NCBI RefSeq assembly: GCF_009914755.1
Contig: NC_060927.1
Direction: 5' to 3' (one strand)
Length of the DNA: 64,000 bases
From: the human T2T-CHM13v2.0 reference genome, Homo sapiens
This document shows, piece after piece, positions 1 to 14,469 of the stretch. Both the position numbers and the translations under genes were made by a program. Positions within the stretch are counted from its first letter, which is position 1. Every line of letters begins with the position of its first letter. Below the pieces are notes generated by a model that had not been told where the DNA came from, searched no databases, and saw only the letters and a list, made by a program, of their open reading frames with translations.

Positions 1-19
1 GTTTACAGGTTTCTTTTAA

Positions 20-700
<681 letters not shown>

Positions 701-774
701 AGGGTAGAGCATACATCCAGAGAGTAAGATCATCGTATGACCATATACCAGGTATGAGTCAATGAGCAGCAATG

Positions 775-950
775 ACACATTTTCTGATTCACATAGACTA
801 AGAAAATTTACCACTCACAGGCCCTTATGAAAAGACCTACAGAAGTGTCTAATTCTGTGAGAAGGAAAGTAAACTCAGGAGGAAGGATGGAATACAAGAA
901 ATAACAGCATAAAAATGGATGAGGTATTTCAGCAAGTTTAAGAAACTGCT
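775..950 (+). mobile_element. Old L1M fragment (ORF1 3' end)
   Basis: agactaagaaaatttaccactcacaggccc... resembles the end of L1ME ORF1. Confidence 0.45.
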
Positions 951-1399
951 TCTGGTAGAGAGAGTCTTGTCTCCCACAAAATGTGAAAGTCTTAATTCCC
1001 AGAACCTGTGACTACGCTACCTTACACTCAAAAGGAATTTTGCAGATGTGATTAAATTAAGGGTCTTCAGATGGGATTGTCCTCAACTATTTGTGTGAAC
1101 CCGATGATATCTCAAGGGCTTTTATAAAAGGGACACAGGAGGTCATAGAGGAGGGAAGGTGCTATGCCACTGGCTTTGAAGATTGAGGTAGGAACCATGA
1201 GCCAAGGAAAGCAGGTAACCACTAGAAGCCAGAAAAGGCAAGGAGATAATTGTCTCCTGAAGTCCCCAGAAGGAATACAGCCCTGCCAACACCTTCATTT
1301 TAGATTTCTGAGTTCCAGAACTGAAAGAGAATAAATTTGTATTGTTTTAAGACACAACGTTTATAGTAATTTATTATAGCAGCATTAGGAACCAACACA
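951..1399 (+). mobile_element. MLT1D-like MaLR solo LTR
   Basis: tttgcagatgtgattaaattaagg, gctttgaagat, agccaaggaa, cagccctgccaacacc, aataaatttg...ttatagcagca...aacaca end. Confidence 0.85.
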
Positions 1400-1417
1400 T
1401 TACTGATTGCAAAAACT

Positions 1418-1524
1418 AAGTTTGCTAGATTGGCAAACAAAAGATGAGATATCCAGTTAAATAATTTTGTTTACGTGAAATTCAAGTTAAACTGGGTATT
1501 CTATATTTTGGATGGCAACACTGG
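1418..1524. mobile_element. MER53 hAT MITE, internally deleted
   Basis: ttgctagattggcaaacaaaa...ccagttaaa at the left; gaaattcaagttaaactggg...tggcaacactg at the right; palindromic ends, centre missing. Confidence 0.65.
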
Positions 1525-1824
1525 TAAAACCCAATTTTTTTGTTTAATTTTGTTTTGTTATGATATTAAGAAAAGTAAATAAAACACACACACACACAGT
1601 AACAAAAAATAGTATAAAAAATAGAAAAGGTATTTAGTGGGTAGTTTAAATGACGACAAAAGTGTTGGTAGAATTCTTCCATGGCAAAAGTTACATTTCA
1701 AATGGGCTCAAGTGGCTTTGTGTAGAGAAGAGATACTCCTGTCTGAAACAGAAAGGCAGAAAAGGATTATTTCAAATAATGCATAATCTAATGAATGAAG
1801 GATGAGAATGATTTAGAGTTTATG

Positions 1825-2002
1825 TAAGGCAAATTACTTACCCTCTCTTAGTCTTGGTTTTCTCATCTGTAAAATAGAGAGACACATAGTACTTTCATTC
1901 CTTATTGGGGTGATCTGGGGATTAATGCAATAATATGTGTATAGTTTTTGAACTAGTATTAAGGAAATAATAATTAGTAAACAAATGTTTGGCTATTATT
2001 AT
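1825..2002 (+). mobile_element. MIR SINE
   Basis: MIR core ggcaaattactta...ttttctcatctgtaaaat and gctattattat tail. Confidence 0.8.
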
Positions 2003-3809
2003 CCTGACATCTACCAGTTGGCAGTGACATCATTATGTATATATACACAAAGTACCTTCTTTATTTGGGGCACTGATTATTCCAACTATATTCTAACCAA
2101 TTATGTTTAATTGATATCTGTTTAGATGATATAGACAACTTTCCCTCAGTCTCGCTGTTCTTCCCACATTTTTTCTTAATTTCATTCTAAGATCATCTTG
2201 TATTTTAATGGTACTTTTTACACATCTAACATTAATTTCCATTCTTTCCTCCATTTCATCAATGAAAATCTAAGTTACCTGTGACCAGGATGTACTACAT
2301 TGCAGACAACTCTATATCTAATTTTTAATTTTATTTAAGAGATGTATTTCCTAGTTTATTGACTAATAAGAATGAAGAGGCCTGGGGCCCAACTCAGTGG
2401 TAAGTGATAAGTGGCCATGTTTGATGAGAATGTGACCATAACTCACTTTATGATAGAGAATTAATTTTGCACATATTTTATTCTATCTTTTTATTTTTCC
2501 ACTTTGGTGTTTCAACATGACACGACTATTTGAAAGGTGAAATAATTTTATTACTTTGCCCACATATTTCCAAAGGATTAGATTAGTGATTTTATTCAAA
2601 AATGGAAAGATTAAGCTGAACAAGTGTTAGTATCATAAACTTAGCCTTCAGTTTTCATTTTTTCTCATAAAATATTCAATTATTAATTTTAAGGTGACAC
2701 TTATAATTTCATTGTAAGTAATATAGTACTTAACATCATGTAATGCAATTTTTAATAATCTGGTAAACTACCTGAGCTTGAACATTTTTCTTGAAGATGC
2801 TACTGCTATTTTTTATGATCTTACATATCCACTAACACAGTTTTGCAGAAACAAGGCTGCTGAGCTAAATGTTCACAGCTCCTAAAAATTTATCAAGTTA
2901 TTTTAACAGCAGTTTTAACTGCCATAAAGTGTATTTGCTGCTAGGAGATTCATTAATTGATGTATCACTCTAATAACTAAAAGTGTAAATATCTAGAATG
3001 TATTTTTAATTCAAAACATACAGTGATCTTTCTATTTGAGAGTAATTTTAGAGTAAAAGGGGAATTAATAATTGGCCCAGTTCCCCCATTCTGCAGTTAA
3101 AGAAACTGAGTCTCAGTTACATGAAGAAATTTTTATCATTGAAAAGTGCGACTTTTGCTAAGTAATACTTAAGGAGATAGCATTATGATCTATATATTTC
3201 TATATGGCTTGACTTTTCTGTTTTGTAGATGGTTAATTTTTTTCAACAAATTTTGATGTCCTAAAATATCCAGCAAAACATGGATATTATTGTGCTCTTC
3301 AATCTCTCTCACATATTATTCATATTCCATTTCTCTGATTCCAGATGTAAAAACCAGGAGGTACACCACGAGACATATACAATGGCATTCCAATATTCTT
3401 AAATATATGTGAAACTTTCTGCTTCTTAAAATATCTATGCAAATTTCAAATGGAAAAGAAATAGCAATTCCATAGATTTTTATACAGACTTTACAGCCAA
3501 ATGAATATTTCTATAGCCTTATCTGGCTTTAACTTTTTAAAAAAATATATCGAGACATTAGCAAACTCTGGAATCAGAAAGCTATATTAAAGTGAATTTG
3601 AGCCTGTGACTGTATTAAAGTACATTAAAGTGAAGTAAGCCTCTCTTATCAGTAAGGATAATCTAGCATCTGCGACACATAGGAAATGCGTGTGTGTGTA
3701 TATACTCAACAAATGTGAAATATATGTGCACACAACAAATGCATATGCGCACACACTTTTTAAAAAGTGTAATGGTCCTGCAGAGCCAAGCTGAAGAAGA
3801 TAGACTTAC

Positions 3810-3877
3810 CTCATACTAATCCATGTTTTCTAGCTTCATGGGGGTTTAGAAAATTTTCTATTGGGCTTTCTTGTCCA
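3810..3877 (-). other. Candidate 68-nt non-coding exon
   Basis: Minus strand: ttgatttttttcttttaatgcAG|TGGACA...TATGAG|GTAAGT; stop codons in all three frames. Confidence 0.4.
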
Positions 3878-5393
3878 CTGCATTAAAAGAAAAAAATCAA
3901 GGACTAATTTGCTAAGCCACAAAGCCTGGCCCTCCTCAACCCATTATAAGCTGTGGATATGCTGAATATGAAAGAAAGACATGAATGAAAATGTGAACAC
4001 TTTCTGTGGGTTACAAAATTCTGAATACAATGTAGAATCCTTTCTTGAAATGAATACTCTTTATGTGTGTAGGTGTATAAGCATTACATGCATAATATAT
4101 ATAGTAACATATATGTCTTAATGTGTTCATTTTAAAACAAATTTTTATATAGTCTGGCCGTAATACTTTCTATCATAAACTGTTATTATATTTGACATAA
4201 TTATGTTGCTCAAGCACCTGGTTAATCTTTATCTTAAATTCTGTATCAGCCAGGTGTCCTCTTAGGGATCACATAAAGATTGGACTTCGCTTAAGTGTGA
4301 AATAATCCTGTTGCTTCTATCTGAGAGTGAATGAGCCCAGGATTAGATCAGATAAAACACACTCAAGCTAAAGTGCACAAGGTGGATTATGCAAGAAAAG
4401 AGGATTTAGTGAAGAACGGATCCACAACTTTTTGTTAACATAGAGAATGGTGGCTTTTGTAAGAAACATTTGTGGAAACTCAACTGGAGCTTTAAAAGCT
4501 GTGTCTTTTGTTGTACATTTCTCTGCATACATTTGCTTTGTAGTTGGGAATGCTAACTTTGGAAGCCATGCTGGGCCAGGACTCATGCTCATTTTGCCTA
4601 ATGAAAGGCTAAGGATGTACTTTTACTCATACATTCTTGTTTTGTCTTCTTTGAAGTTTATTAAGCTCTCCTGAAAGATGTGAAGTTCATTAGGTTGTTA
4701 TTATCATGGCCACAAATTAAATATCTGTTCCCTGGGGAGTCATAAGCTTCAAGAATAAGCTATACTTACTATAATATTTACTTAATTACTAACATACTGC
4801 TTTTTGTTCTTAATATAAAATCATAGCACACCTATAAAGGTCTATTCAGATATGTTCCGAATTTAATGATATACTTGTTTAATTATTAACATCCTATTGC
4901 ACCTTCTCAAATTTACAAGTTATACATAGAGAAGACAGTTACAAAAGCAAGACATGTTTTAAGCATTTATGGTAAGGTTTTGCGCTAGAACGTCTAAATA
5001 TCATAATTCTGTGTTACTCTCTGAGGTAGAGTTTTTCCTATATTAGGAATGTTCCCTCACCTTTGAACTGCCAGGCACAATGCTATAATGACATTATCTG
5101 TTTGTGTGTGACATCTTTAGTTCCAACATTTGTTTTAACATAGAAGTCATTCAAAGGGTAAGACAGACTTTCATTGCATCTATTGTTTTTAGTTTGTGAT
5201 AGAACCAATCAGTGGCAGCTCTAACTTAGAGATTAAATGATTACCATGTCCATTCCACTCAATTATTTCCACCTTATTGAAATTAATTTGTTCAGTATCT
5301 ATGTATTCTGTGATCAATCAAATGATTATCTATTGGAAGCCAGTGAATACTTCTTATACTTGCTTTTATAGTGAAGCACCATGTGTTAAGCAG

Positions 5394-5430
5394 TTAATGT
5401 GTGTTTCTTTTAATGTGTGTTTCTTTTAAT
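5394..5430. repeat. 16-bp tandem duplication
   Basis: (ttaatgtgtgtttctt)x2 + ttaat. Confidence 0.9.
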
Positions 5431-6140
5431 ATGTACTTAAAAGTAATAATGAAGTAGATATGATCAAAACACAGGTAATTCTTGAGGCCTGGCTATAAAA
5501 ATCATTACATACAATAATCAATTTTTGATTGAGAGACTATTTTAATACAACTGAGTTCTCAAAAATAAGAACCATATCTTTTGCAGGAATTCATTTTGCT
5601 ATAATTTATTCCTAATAATGAAGTATTAAGGCATAGTTACCATTCCACAGAAATATTGCGTGTTTGTGCTAAAAGAGGAGTAGCTCTACTTTCACTGTAA
5701 TGGGATGTGATTCAAAATGAAAAAAAAAGTCTGTATACATCCAAATATGTCTCCCACCAGACCACCAAATACAGGTAATTTTTACCAAGATGATCTTTTA
5801 TTATATATGTGTTTGTGAGATTTAACTTAAAATGGCCTAAATTTGAGTAATAAATTTAAAAATTAACACATTAAGCTAGTAGAAGGTGAATGACCATTCA
5901 GCATTTATTATTTATTAAATGTAATGTTGTATGATGCAATGAATGAATATAAAAATAGCTCAACTACTATAGGAAAACGTGAGAAAATTTCTATCTGTTG
6001 GACTTCAATAAGAGATGGGTGTCTGGCATCCTCATTTGGATAGTGAATGAGTTGGTAACTATTTTTCCAGAAAAATAATGTCATGATTTTGCTTTAACTA
6101 TGAGAAAATTTGAGCCAAATGCATGGTCCAATTCTCTTAC

Positions 6141-6291
6141 CTCTACAGGAATGCTTAGCATGCATTTTTGCATGCTAATTCCCCTCATAGATTATTTTTT
6201 CTTAATCACATTTTCTCTTCAATCAGATTCATTTACTTATTTGTATCATTATTTAGTATCAAAGATATTTGCATAGGTTTCTTTAAATCCT
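6141..6291 (-). other. Candidate 151-nt non-coding exon
   Basis: Minus strand: tttttgtatctattttctgttctattctacAG|AGGATT...TGTAGAG|GTAAGA. Confidence 0.25.
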
Positions 6292-7534
6292 CTGTAGAAT
6301 AGAACAGAAAATAGATACAAAAACAATCCTATGGATGATTAACTCTTTATTTATTTAATCTTAATTCTTACATTAAAGTTTTTATTATAGTTCACAAAGT
6401 GCAATTTGTATGCATACATTTTCTCACTTAATTTTGAAATATATGGTAGTTTAGCCAGAGTTGGATAAGATTTTATATAGCTTTTATATATTGCTGTAAA
6501 TATTTTATATATTTACAATTGTGATTCTCAAAGAATGATCAATTAATCAAGTAGTACACAGATACTTTGTCAGTTTTGGAAGAAGAATTTATACAATTTT
6601 TTTTACACAAGTTTCAGAAATTTGAATTTTAAAAAACTAATTATTATTATTATAAAAATCTTAGCACTTGCTTAATCTTTATTATAGGTTGGGTTGTACT
6701 TCAAAGAATGCTCTTAGCAGTTTATCTCAGCTGCATGACAGCTTATGTTAGGTACCTTTTTATATCACTGTATATTATATTTTACATGCATTAAATCTGT
6801 ATGTTTTATATAATTAGTAGGTTGTTAGTTCCCTTTAAAATTTTTAATTTCTAATGGCTCAAAAGTGGTCCATTGAAGATCCAAAGTCTTGAAAATTAAA
6901 TGACTGTATTTAAAATAATGCCATAGTTTTAGATATTGAACAATTCTCCAATGAAATTATAAAATGTAAATTTATATGTGTTGGAATAAGAGACAATATC
7001 ATGATGTCTTTGAAGAAAACTGGGACTGCAAATTGTAACATGCAATATCAGAAAACTTGGTTTTATTTGACCAACTAGGGGCCATCCTAATCTTCAGGAT
7101 ATTGTCTGTTATAAAGTATGATCTAATAGCAACACAAAGCTATGAAGACTAATGCCATTGTCAAATATCACAATAACCTCACTTGTAAAATAATCAGATT
7201 TTTTTCAGAACAATCACAAAATTATGATTTTTCAGTATGACATTGATGAACTGTTCTGCTAAAATAGAAGATGACCAAAATTTACTATTTTCCTTATAGC
7301 AAAACCATTTGCAAGTCACACATTGTCAGAAGCATATAAAACCATCTGCAAAGAGACAAATAGTATGCTCAGAAGCTAACAAGGCAAGCTGTTGGCAAAA
7401 CTCTTTTATTGAATGCCTTTTTTTTGCTTTTGTTTATCAATAGCACACAATAAGAAGAGAAATACATTGTGTGGGCAAGAAAAGAGATTTTTGACTTATA
7501 TTTGGATGAAATCTCTAGTTAAAAAGTGAGAATC

Positions 7535-7871
<337 letters not shown>

Positions 7872-8294
7872 TCAAGAAATTATATATACTCAATAAGTTA
7901 CTATCATATTAATCTTTGAAGACCTAAATTACAGAAGAAACATACTTATTTTATGAGCCATGTTGTAGATTGGAGAAAATGCTCCAGGCTCATTTCTGAG
8001 TGAGCACAAGCAATGTGTGCATGGGGAAAGGTATTGCTGAATGAATTAAAATGGCACTGCCAATCCACACACTGCTTTGCCCACATACTGCTTTATTCAC
8101 ACAGACCAGTTGGTGGTTAACATAATGCCTTCTGACTTTGATTTAGTGCTGAAGGAAATGGTGAAAATTGTGGTCGAATGATGCTAAACATTTGAGAAAC
8201 TGTGTTAAATGTCAGGCTCTTATACTGGCTTACTAGAATTATTGTCAGAAACTTTCTAATTACTTTTTGAAATCATTCTTGTGTCACTCTAATC

Positions 8295-8519
8295 TAAGGG
8301 TTGGCAAACCTACTATGTAAAGGATTCAATAGTAAACACTTTTAGCTTTACAGGACATATGGTCTCTGTTGCAACTACTCAACTCTGTCATTGTAGGAGG
8401 AAAGCAGCCATAAACAATATGTAAACAATAAGTGTGGCTGTACTTGGACAACAATTTATTTACACAAAAACAAGTAGTGGGCTGGATTTGGCCTATGAAC
8501 TATAATTTGCTGACTCCTG
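8295..8519 (+). mobile_element. MER58A hAT-Charlie MITE
   Basis: agggttggcaaac...ggtctctgttgcaactactcaactctg...gggctggatttggcc...tttgctgactcctg termini. Confidence 0.88.
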
Positions 8520-8559
8520 CTAATCCATATCATACTTACTGCAGAGTGATTAATGTAGT

Positions 8560-8992
8560 GAGCATAGCACATCTTTACTTAAAAGCCTTCAAGCATCCTT
8601 TATTTTGTCCATTATAAGGCCTAAGTTCTTTTGTATGGTATTCAAGATCCTTCTTTATTTGACTCCTCTCTCCCTCTTCAATCTCATCTTTTCCTGTTCT
8701 TCCACATGCCCTTTACTGAATCAATCAAACTGTTTGTAATTTTTTCAGTGTGCCATGTTCTTTAGGCCTCTGTGCCTTAAAAGACTTGCAGAGTCTGAGG
8801 CAGCCTTGACCATAAAACTTAACAGTTGTACTGTTATTATTTGTTCATGTCTGGCTCCTGAATTATAGTGTGAGCCCCTTAGGGGACTAAAGAACATTAT
8901 ATTTATTTTTGTAAAGATAGTGCCTAGTATAATGCTTGGCCAATCCTAGATACTCAATAAATGGTTGTTGAAAAATAGTTGAGCAATTGAAG
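8560..8992 (+). mobile_element. L2 3' fragment
   Basis: agtgcctagtataatgcttggc...actcaataaatggttgttgaa L2 3' terminus. Confidence 0.7.
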
Positions 8993-10763
8993 CTCATCCA
9001 ACAATGAATGGATTAACTCTGAAAGTAGTAAATTATCTACTTAAGTAAAAATTGAGGCAGAAATCTGAAGACTAACCACATGGAAAAGAAGTTTTAGAGT
9101 ACACATTAAACTTCAGTAAAGTTATTTATACTTTAAACTGAATTATTTTTAAAAGTCCAGTTGCATTAGAGTTGGTGGTTTCTTAATTCAAATTTAACTG
9201 ATTACTTGACACACTTGCATTTTCTAAACTTTTTTTGCATTTTTAATTAAAATGCTAGTCATCATTTATATAGTGGGATTTATTAAAATATTCAAATTGA
9301 ATGTGTTTTTCTTCCATACACAATCACTCAAGAGATAATTTTTGTAAAGTTTGAAAAAGGAAAAAAAATGTGTCTGGTTTCTGTTTCTAATGAGGATAGG
9401 ATAGCAGGCACTGGATTTACCATTCCACCCAAAATAACTAAAAAACTGGACAATATATACATAAAAATGTTTTCAAAACATTGGATATTGGAAAACAGGG
9501 AACAATAATTTGTCTCTGAGAAATGAAAAACAAGTAAGTCAAGCATCACGACTTGCTATCTGGAAAATTCTTCCAGATTGCAGTGTGGAAAGTAGGAACA
9601 CAGAGGGAGTTGGGACTCTCCCTGACTTCACAAGAGCTTGCTGGGAGTCCAGGAATTTCACAGCTACCTTAGGTGAGAAGACAGCTGTACATAGAGGGAG
9701 CTCCAGATATCTGCAGAGACTGTTCTTGAGGATTTCACTGAATACTGATCAGTACTTGTGTGTAAAGAAATGACCTGAGATGAGGGAAAGAATTACCCCA
9801 AAGAATTGGAGGAAACAATTCACAGAGATCACAAAGAAATGGAAATGATGTCCATGCCTATCAGAATTATGGGTGAAAAACTCAAAATTCACAGGGAAAT
9901 AGGTGGAGTATTGAGAAGAGTTTGGCTTCAACTGTGAGCCTAAACTTAGCCCTAAACTTAACACTGTACTGGTCCTGTCTAATAAAGTTCAAAGAAAACC
10001 TGCAAGAATGAAACTATTTCTGACTAACTTGACTACTTCTCAGAATAAATCTTAACAAAAAGGTAATATTTACAATATCTGGCAAATAATAAAAATTATC
10101 AGTTATGGACGAAGCAGAGATGACCCATATTCAGGAGAAAAATCAATAAATTGAAATTAATGCAGAATTGACACAGAGAGTAGAATTAGTAGATAAAAAC
10201 ATTAAATCAATTGTTATAACTGAATTCTATATATTCAAACTGGTAGAAACATTTAAAGGGTTATGTGGAGAGACTGAAGAAATAAACAAGGCCTCAACTG
10301 ATCTTCTAGGGATAAAAACCATAATGTCAGAGATGAAATCTACATTGAATAGGATTAGACACTACAGAGGAAAATATTGAACTTGAAGACATAACCACAG
10401 AAACTACTCAAAAATGAAGCACAGAAAGAAAAAAGACAGAACAATAAAACATGTTAAAAAGTTGGTGAGAAGTAACTTCAAGGGTCCTAATATACATGTA
10501 AATGAAGTGCTTGAAGAAAAGGAGAGGGAAAGAAAAGCAGGAAAAAAATTAGAGACATTAATGGCAGAAATTTTTCCAAATTTGGTGAAAACTATAAACA
10601 CATAAGTCCAAAAAGCCCAATGAATCTTAAGTACAAGAAACAAGAAGAAAACTATATGAAACTACCTTATAACCATATTGCTTAAAACTAGCAATAAAAA
10701 ATTTTAAAAGCAGAGAGTAAAAAGACACATGATATACAAAGGAACAAAGACAGATATGACAGT

Positions 10764-10842
10764 AGATGTTTCTCCATTGCTTTCTGTCTTACATTGTTTT
10801 AACTTGCAACAATGTAAGGCAGAAAACAATGGAGAAACATCT
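10764..10842. repeat. 35-bp inverted repeat, 9-nt spacer
   Basis: agatgtttctccattgctttctgtcttacattgtt-ttaacttgc-aacaatgtaaggcagaaaacaatggagaaacatct; 33/35 complementary. Confidence 0.95.
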
Positions 10843-10933
10843 TCAACGTGCTGAAAGAAAAAACAAAAAGAAAACAAAATTGTAGACTTAGAATCTTTGC
10901 CTATTTAAACTATCTTTCAAAAATAAAGTTGAG

Positions 10934-11520
10934 TTTAGTGGTTTCTCAAAAAGTTAAACATATTTACCAAGACCCAGATATTCCACTCTTGGGTATACAC
11001 CCCAAATAATTGGAAACTGCTGGGATTCAAACAGATACTTGTACAGCAATGTTAATAGCAGCATTTTTCAACACAGCCAAAATGTGAAAACAACCCAAGT
11101 CTCCATGAACAAATGAATGGCTAAACAAAATGTGTTATATACATGCAGTGGAATATTATTCAGCCATAAAAATGAGTAGAATTCTGATACATGCCATGAC
11201 ATGGATGAAACTTGAAAACATTATGATGAGTGAAATTAGTCAGACACAAAAGAACAAATATTATTTAGTTCCACTTATATGAAATATCTAGAATAGGAAA
11301 ATTCGTAGAGCCAGAAATAGATTGAAGATTACCAGAGGCTGAGAAGAGGGGGCTTAGAGAGTTACTGTTTAATGGGTAAAAGGTTTCTGTTTGGTGTGAT
11401 AAAAAAAACTTGGAAATGGGTAGTGGTGATAGTTGTGTAACATTGTTAATTTAATTAATTCAAATTTAACTTAAAAATAAAGGAAATTTTATGTTATATA
11501 TATTACCCCAATAAAAATAT
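10934..11520 (+). mobile_element. L1MB (L1MB4-like) 3' fragment inserted into host L1 ORF1
   Basis: ORF2 C-terminus plus 3'UTR (caaacagatacttgtac...gtttctgtttggtgtgat...caataaaaa); host ORF1 resumes at ~11611. Confidence 0.8.
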
Positions 11521-11744
11521 TTTAAAACGTCATTGTTTAAAGAAATCCCCAAAGTTGTTTAAAATACTGTTTGGCAAACAGTGTGTATCAAAAAATGGAA
11601 CAAACTACACCAAGCTGAGATTAAAGATTTTCTAAGACATACTAAAGCTGAAAGAGACCCTCTCCAGAAAACCTGCACTACAAAAAATGTTAAGGGAAAT
11701 ATGTTAGGCAGAAGGAAAATCATACCAGATAGAAATATGAATCT

Positions 11745-12047
11745 GGCTGGGAATGGTGGCTCATCTTTGTAAATCCCAGCACTTTGAGAGGCTGAGGTGG
11801 GAGGATCGCTTGAGCCCAGAAGTTCAAGACCAGCCTTGACAACATAGTGACACCCTGTCTCTACAAAAATAAATAAATACATAAATAAATAAGCCATGCA
11901 TGGTGGCACACTCCTGTAGTCCCAGATATTCCACAGGCCGAGGCAGTGAGCTATGATCGCACCTCTGCCCTTTAGCCTGGGTGTCAGAGAGTGACAGAGT
12001 GAGACAGTGCCTCAAAACAAACAAATGAAATAAACAAACAAAAAAAC
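11745..12047 (+). mobile_element. AluJ with internal deletion
   Basis: ggaggatcgcttgagcccag left arm, shortened right arm, (aaac)n tail. Confidence 0.9.
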
Positions 12048-12137
12048 CAGAAACTGAGAGGGCCAAAATGGTAACTACATGGGTAAATATAAATACTTTT
12101 TATCATTATTTAAATTATTTTCAAGATAACTTTAAGT

Positions 12138-12430
12138 GGCCGGGCTTAGTGGCTTATGTCTGTAATCCCAGCATTTTGGGAGCCCAAGGCTGGCAGATCA
12201 CTTGAGCCCAGGAGTTGGAGACCAGCCAGGGCAACACAGTGAAATCTGTCTCTACAAAAACTACAAAAGTTATCTGGTTTGGTGACTTGTGCCTGTAGTC
12301 CCAGCTACTTGGGAGGCTGAGGTAGGAGAATCTCTTCAGCCTGGGAGGTTGAGGCTGCAGCGAGCTGTGATGGCATCACTGCACTCCATCCTGGGCAACA
12401 GAGCAAGACCCTGTCTCAAAAAGAAAAATT
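12138..12430 (+). mobile_element. AluJb
   Basis: Full dimer, gaggttgaggctgcag, TSD ataactttaag on both sides. Confidence 0.92.
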
Positions 12431-14469
12431 CTTTTAATGAATAACTTTAAGGAAAACATAATAAAGTATTTCCAGGCTTGTGACATATGTAGAAGCAATA
12501 CTTATTACAGTAGTCTACCAAGAAATGTAAAAATACTTATTTTGTAAAATACTTTGTAAAAATATGTATTACAAAGTTTACAAAGGGAGAAATGGAGAAA
12601 TACTGTTGCAAGGTTCTCAAAGAATACATAAAATAGTATTATATCACTTGAAAGTGTACCATAATAATTTAAAGATGTACACTACAAACCCTAAATTTAC
12701 CACTAAATAACAAAGTTATAGCTAATGAACCATTGAAAGACATATAAGAATCATAAAAATAATAAAAAAGAAGCTACCCCAATAAAGGTAGAAAAATTAA
12801 AGAACATAGAGCATGAAAAGAAAATAGTAATTTTCTCAATAATCATCACATTAAAGGGCAGAGATTGTCAGATTATATTAAAAGAGCCATATACAACTAT
12901 GTCTTGCCTATAAGAAAGTTACTTTAAATACTAAACACAAATAAATTATAAATAAAAACATGCTAAAAAATACACCCTGCTAAAGCAATAAAAATTAAAC
13001 TAGAGTGATTATATTAAGATCAACCAAGTACATTTTGGAGCAAAGAATATTACCAGGGATTAAAGAGGAACTTTCATAATAACAAAGGGATCAATTCTTC
13101 AAGAGGACATAACAATCCAAAATGTTAATGCATCTAATAGTAGAGCTCCAGATACATGAAGTAAGTAGACAGAAAATTATGTAGGATAAGGAAAATATGA
13201 AAAACACTATCAACCAGCTTACCTTAATTGACACTAATACAACACTCCCTCCCTACCCCCAACACACTAATATGTCTTTTAAATACATATGAAACACTTC
13301 CCAAGATAGATTTAAGTTATACAAAGTATGCTGTCTTTCTCAATGGAACTAAATTGTAAGTCAGTAATAGGAAGATATCTGGAAAAACTCCCAAATATGT
13401 AGAAACTAAAGAGCATACTTTAAAATAAATTATACAACCAAAAAATTAGAAAAATGTTGAACTGAATTAAAATGAAAACACAGTATATCAAAATACTGCA
13501 GTGAAGCTAAATGTAGATTTATAGTACTAAACACCTATTATCGAAAATAAGAAATCTCTCAAATTGATAACCTTGACTTCTACCTTGCAAAATAGAAAAA
13601 GATCAAATGAAACAAAAAAAGCACAAGAAAAGAAAAATATACATCAAAGAGGAAATCAATGAAATTGATAACAATCAATGGAGATAATAAATAAAATGAA
13701 AAACTGCTTTTCTTAGATAATAAAATTTATAAATCCTCCAAAAAAGAGAGAAGACACAAATTAACAATATCAAGAACGAAAGTGGAGACATTACCAAAGA
13801 TTCTAAAGATATTAAAATGATAATAAGAGAAAATTATGAACAACTTTATCCAATAAGTTTGACAATTTAGATTAAATAAATGCCTTCCTTGAAAGAGAAA
13901 CTATAAAACTATCAAGGATCACTCAAAAAGTAAATAACGTGATAGCCTTATATCAGTTTTTAAAATTTTAGAAATTGAATTTATAGTTAAACCTGTTTAC
14001 AAAGAAAACTCCAGGACCAGATGGATTCACTGGAAAGTGTTCCAAACATTTAAGGAAGAAATAACATCAATTATACACAACTCTTCTAGAAAACTGAAGA
14101 GGAGGGAATATTTCCCTACTCATTTTATGAGACTGACATTTCTCTGACACTAGAACTAGAAAAACATTTATAAGAAAAAAAACATACTTACCAATGTCCT
14201 TTATTGATAGAGATTTTTAAAAATCTTAACACAACTTGAGGAAATGGAATTCAACAATGTATGAAAAGATTTACTATACCATACCAATTGGGATTTATTC
14301 AAGGAATGGTTGAATATTCAAAATTCAATCAATATAGTTCACCATATTAACAGACAGAACCATAAGAAAACCATATAATCATCTTAATAGGCACACAGAA
14401 AGTATTTGACATAACACACATTTATTCCAAATTAAAAATAAAGACTTCCAGCAAAGCAGAAATGAAAGA

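Noticed and set aside
2012-2027. CTCF-like CTACCAGTTGGCAGT (and a weaker one at ~44320)
   Set aside because: Mismatches at high-information positions
3739-3750. MORE-like ATGCATATGCGC
   Set aside because: 10/12 match inside an alternating purine-pyrimidine low-complexity tract; expected by chance
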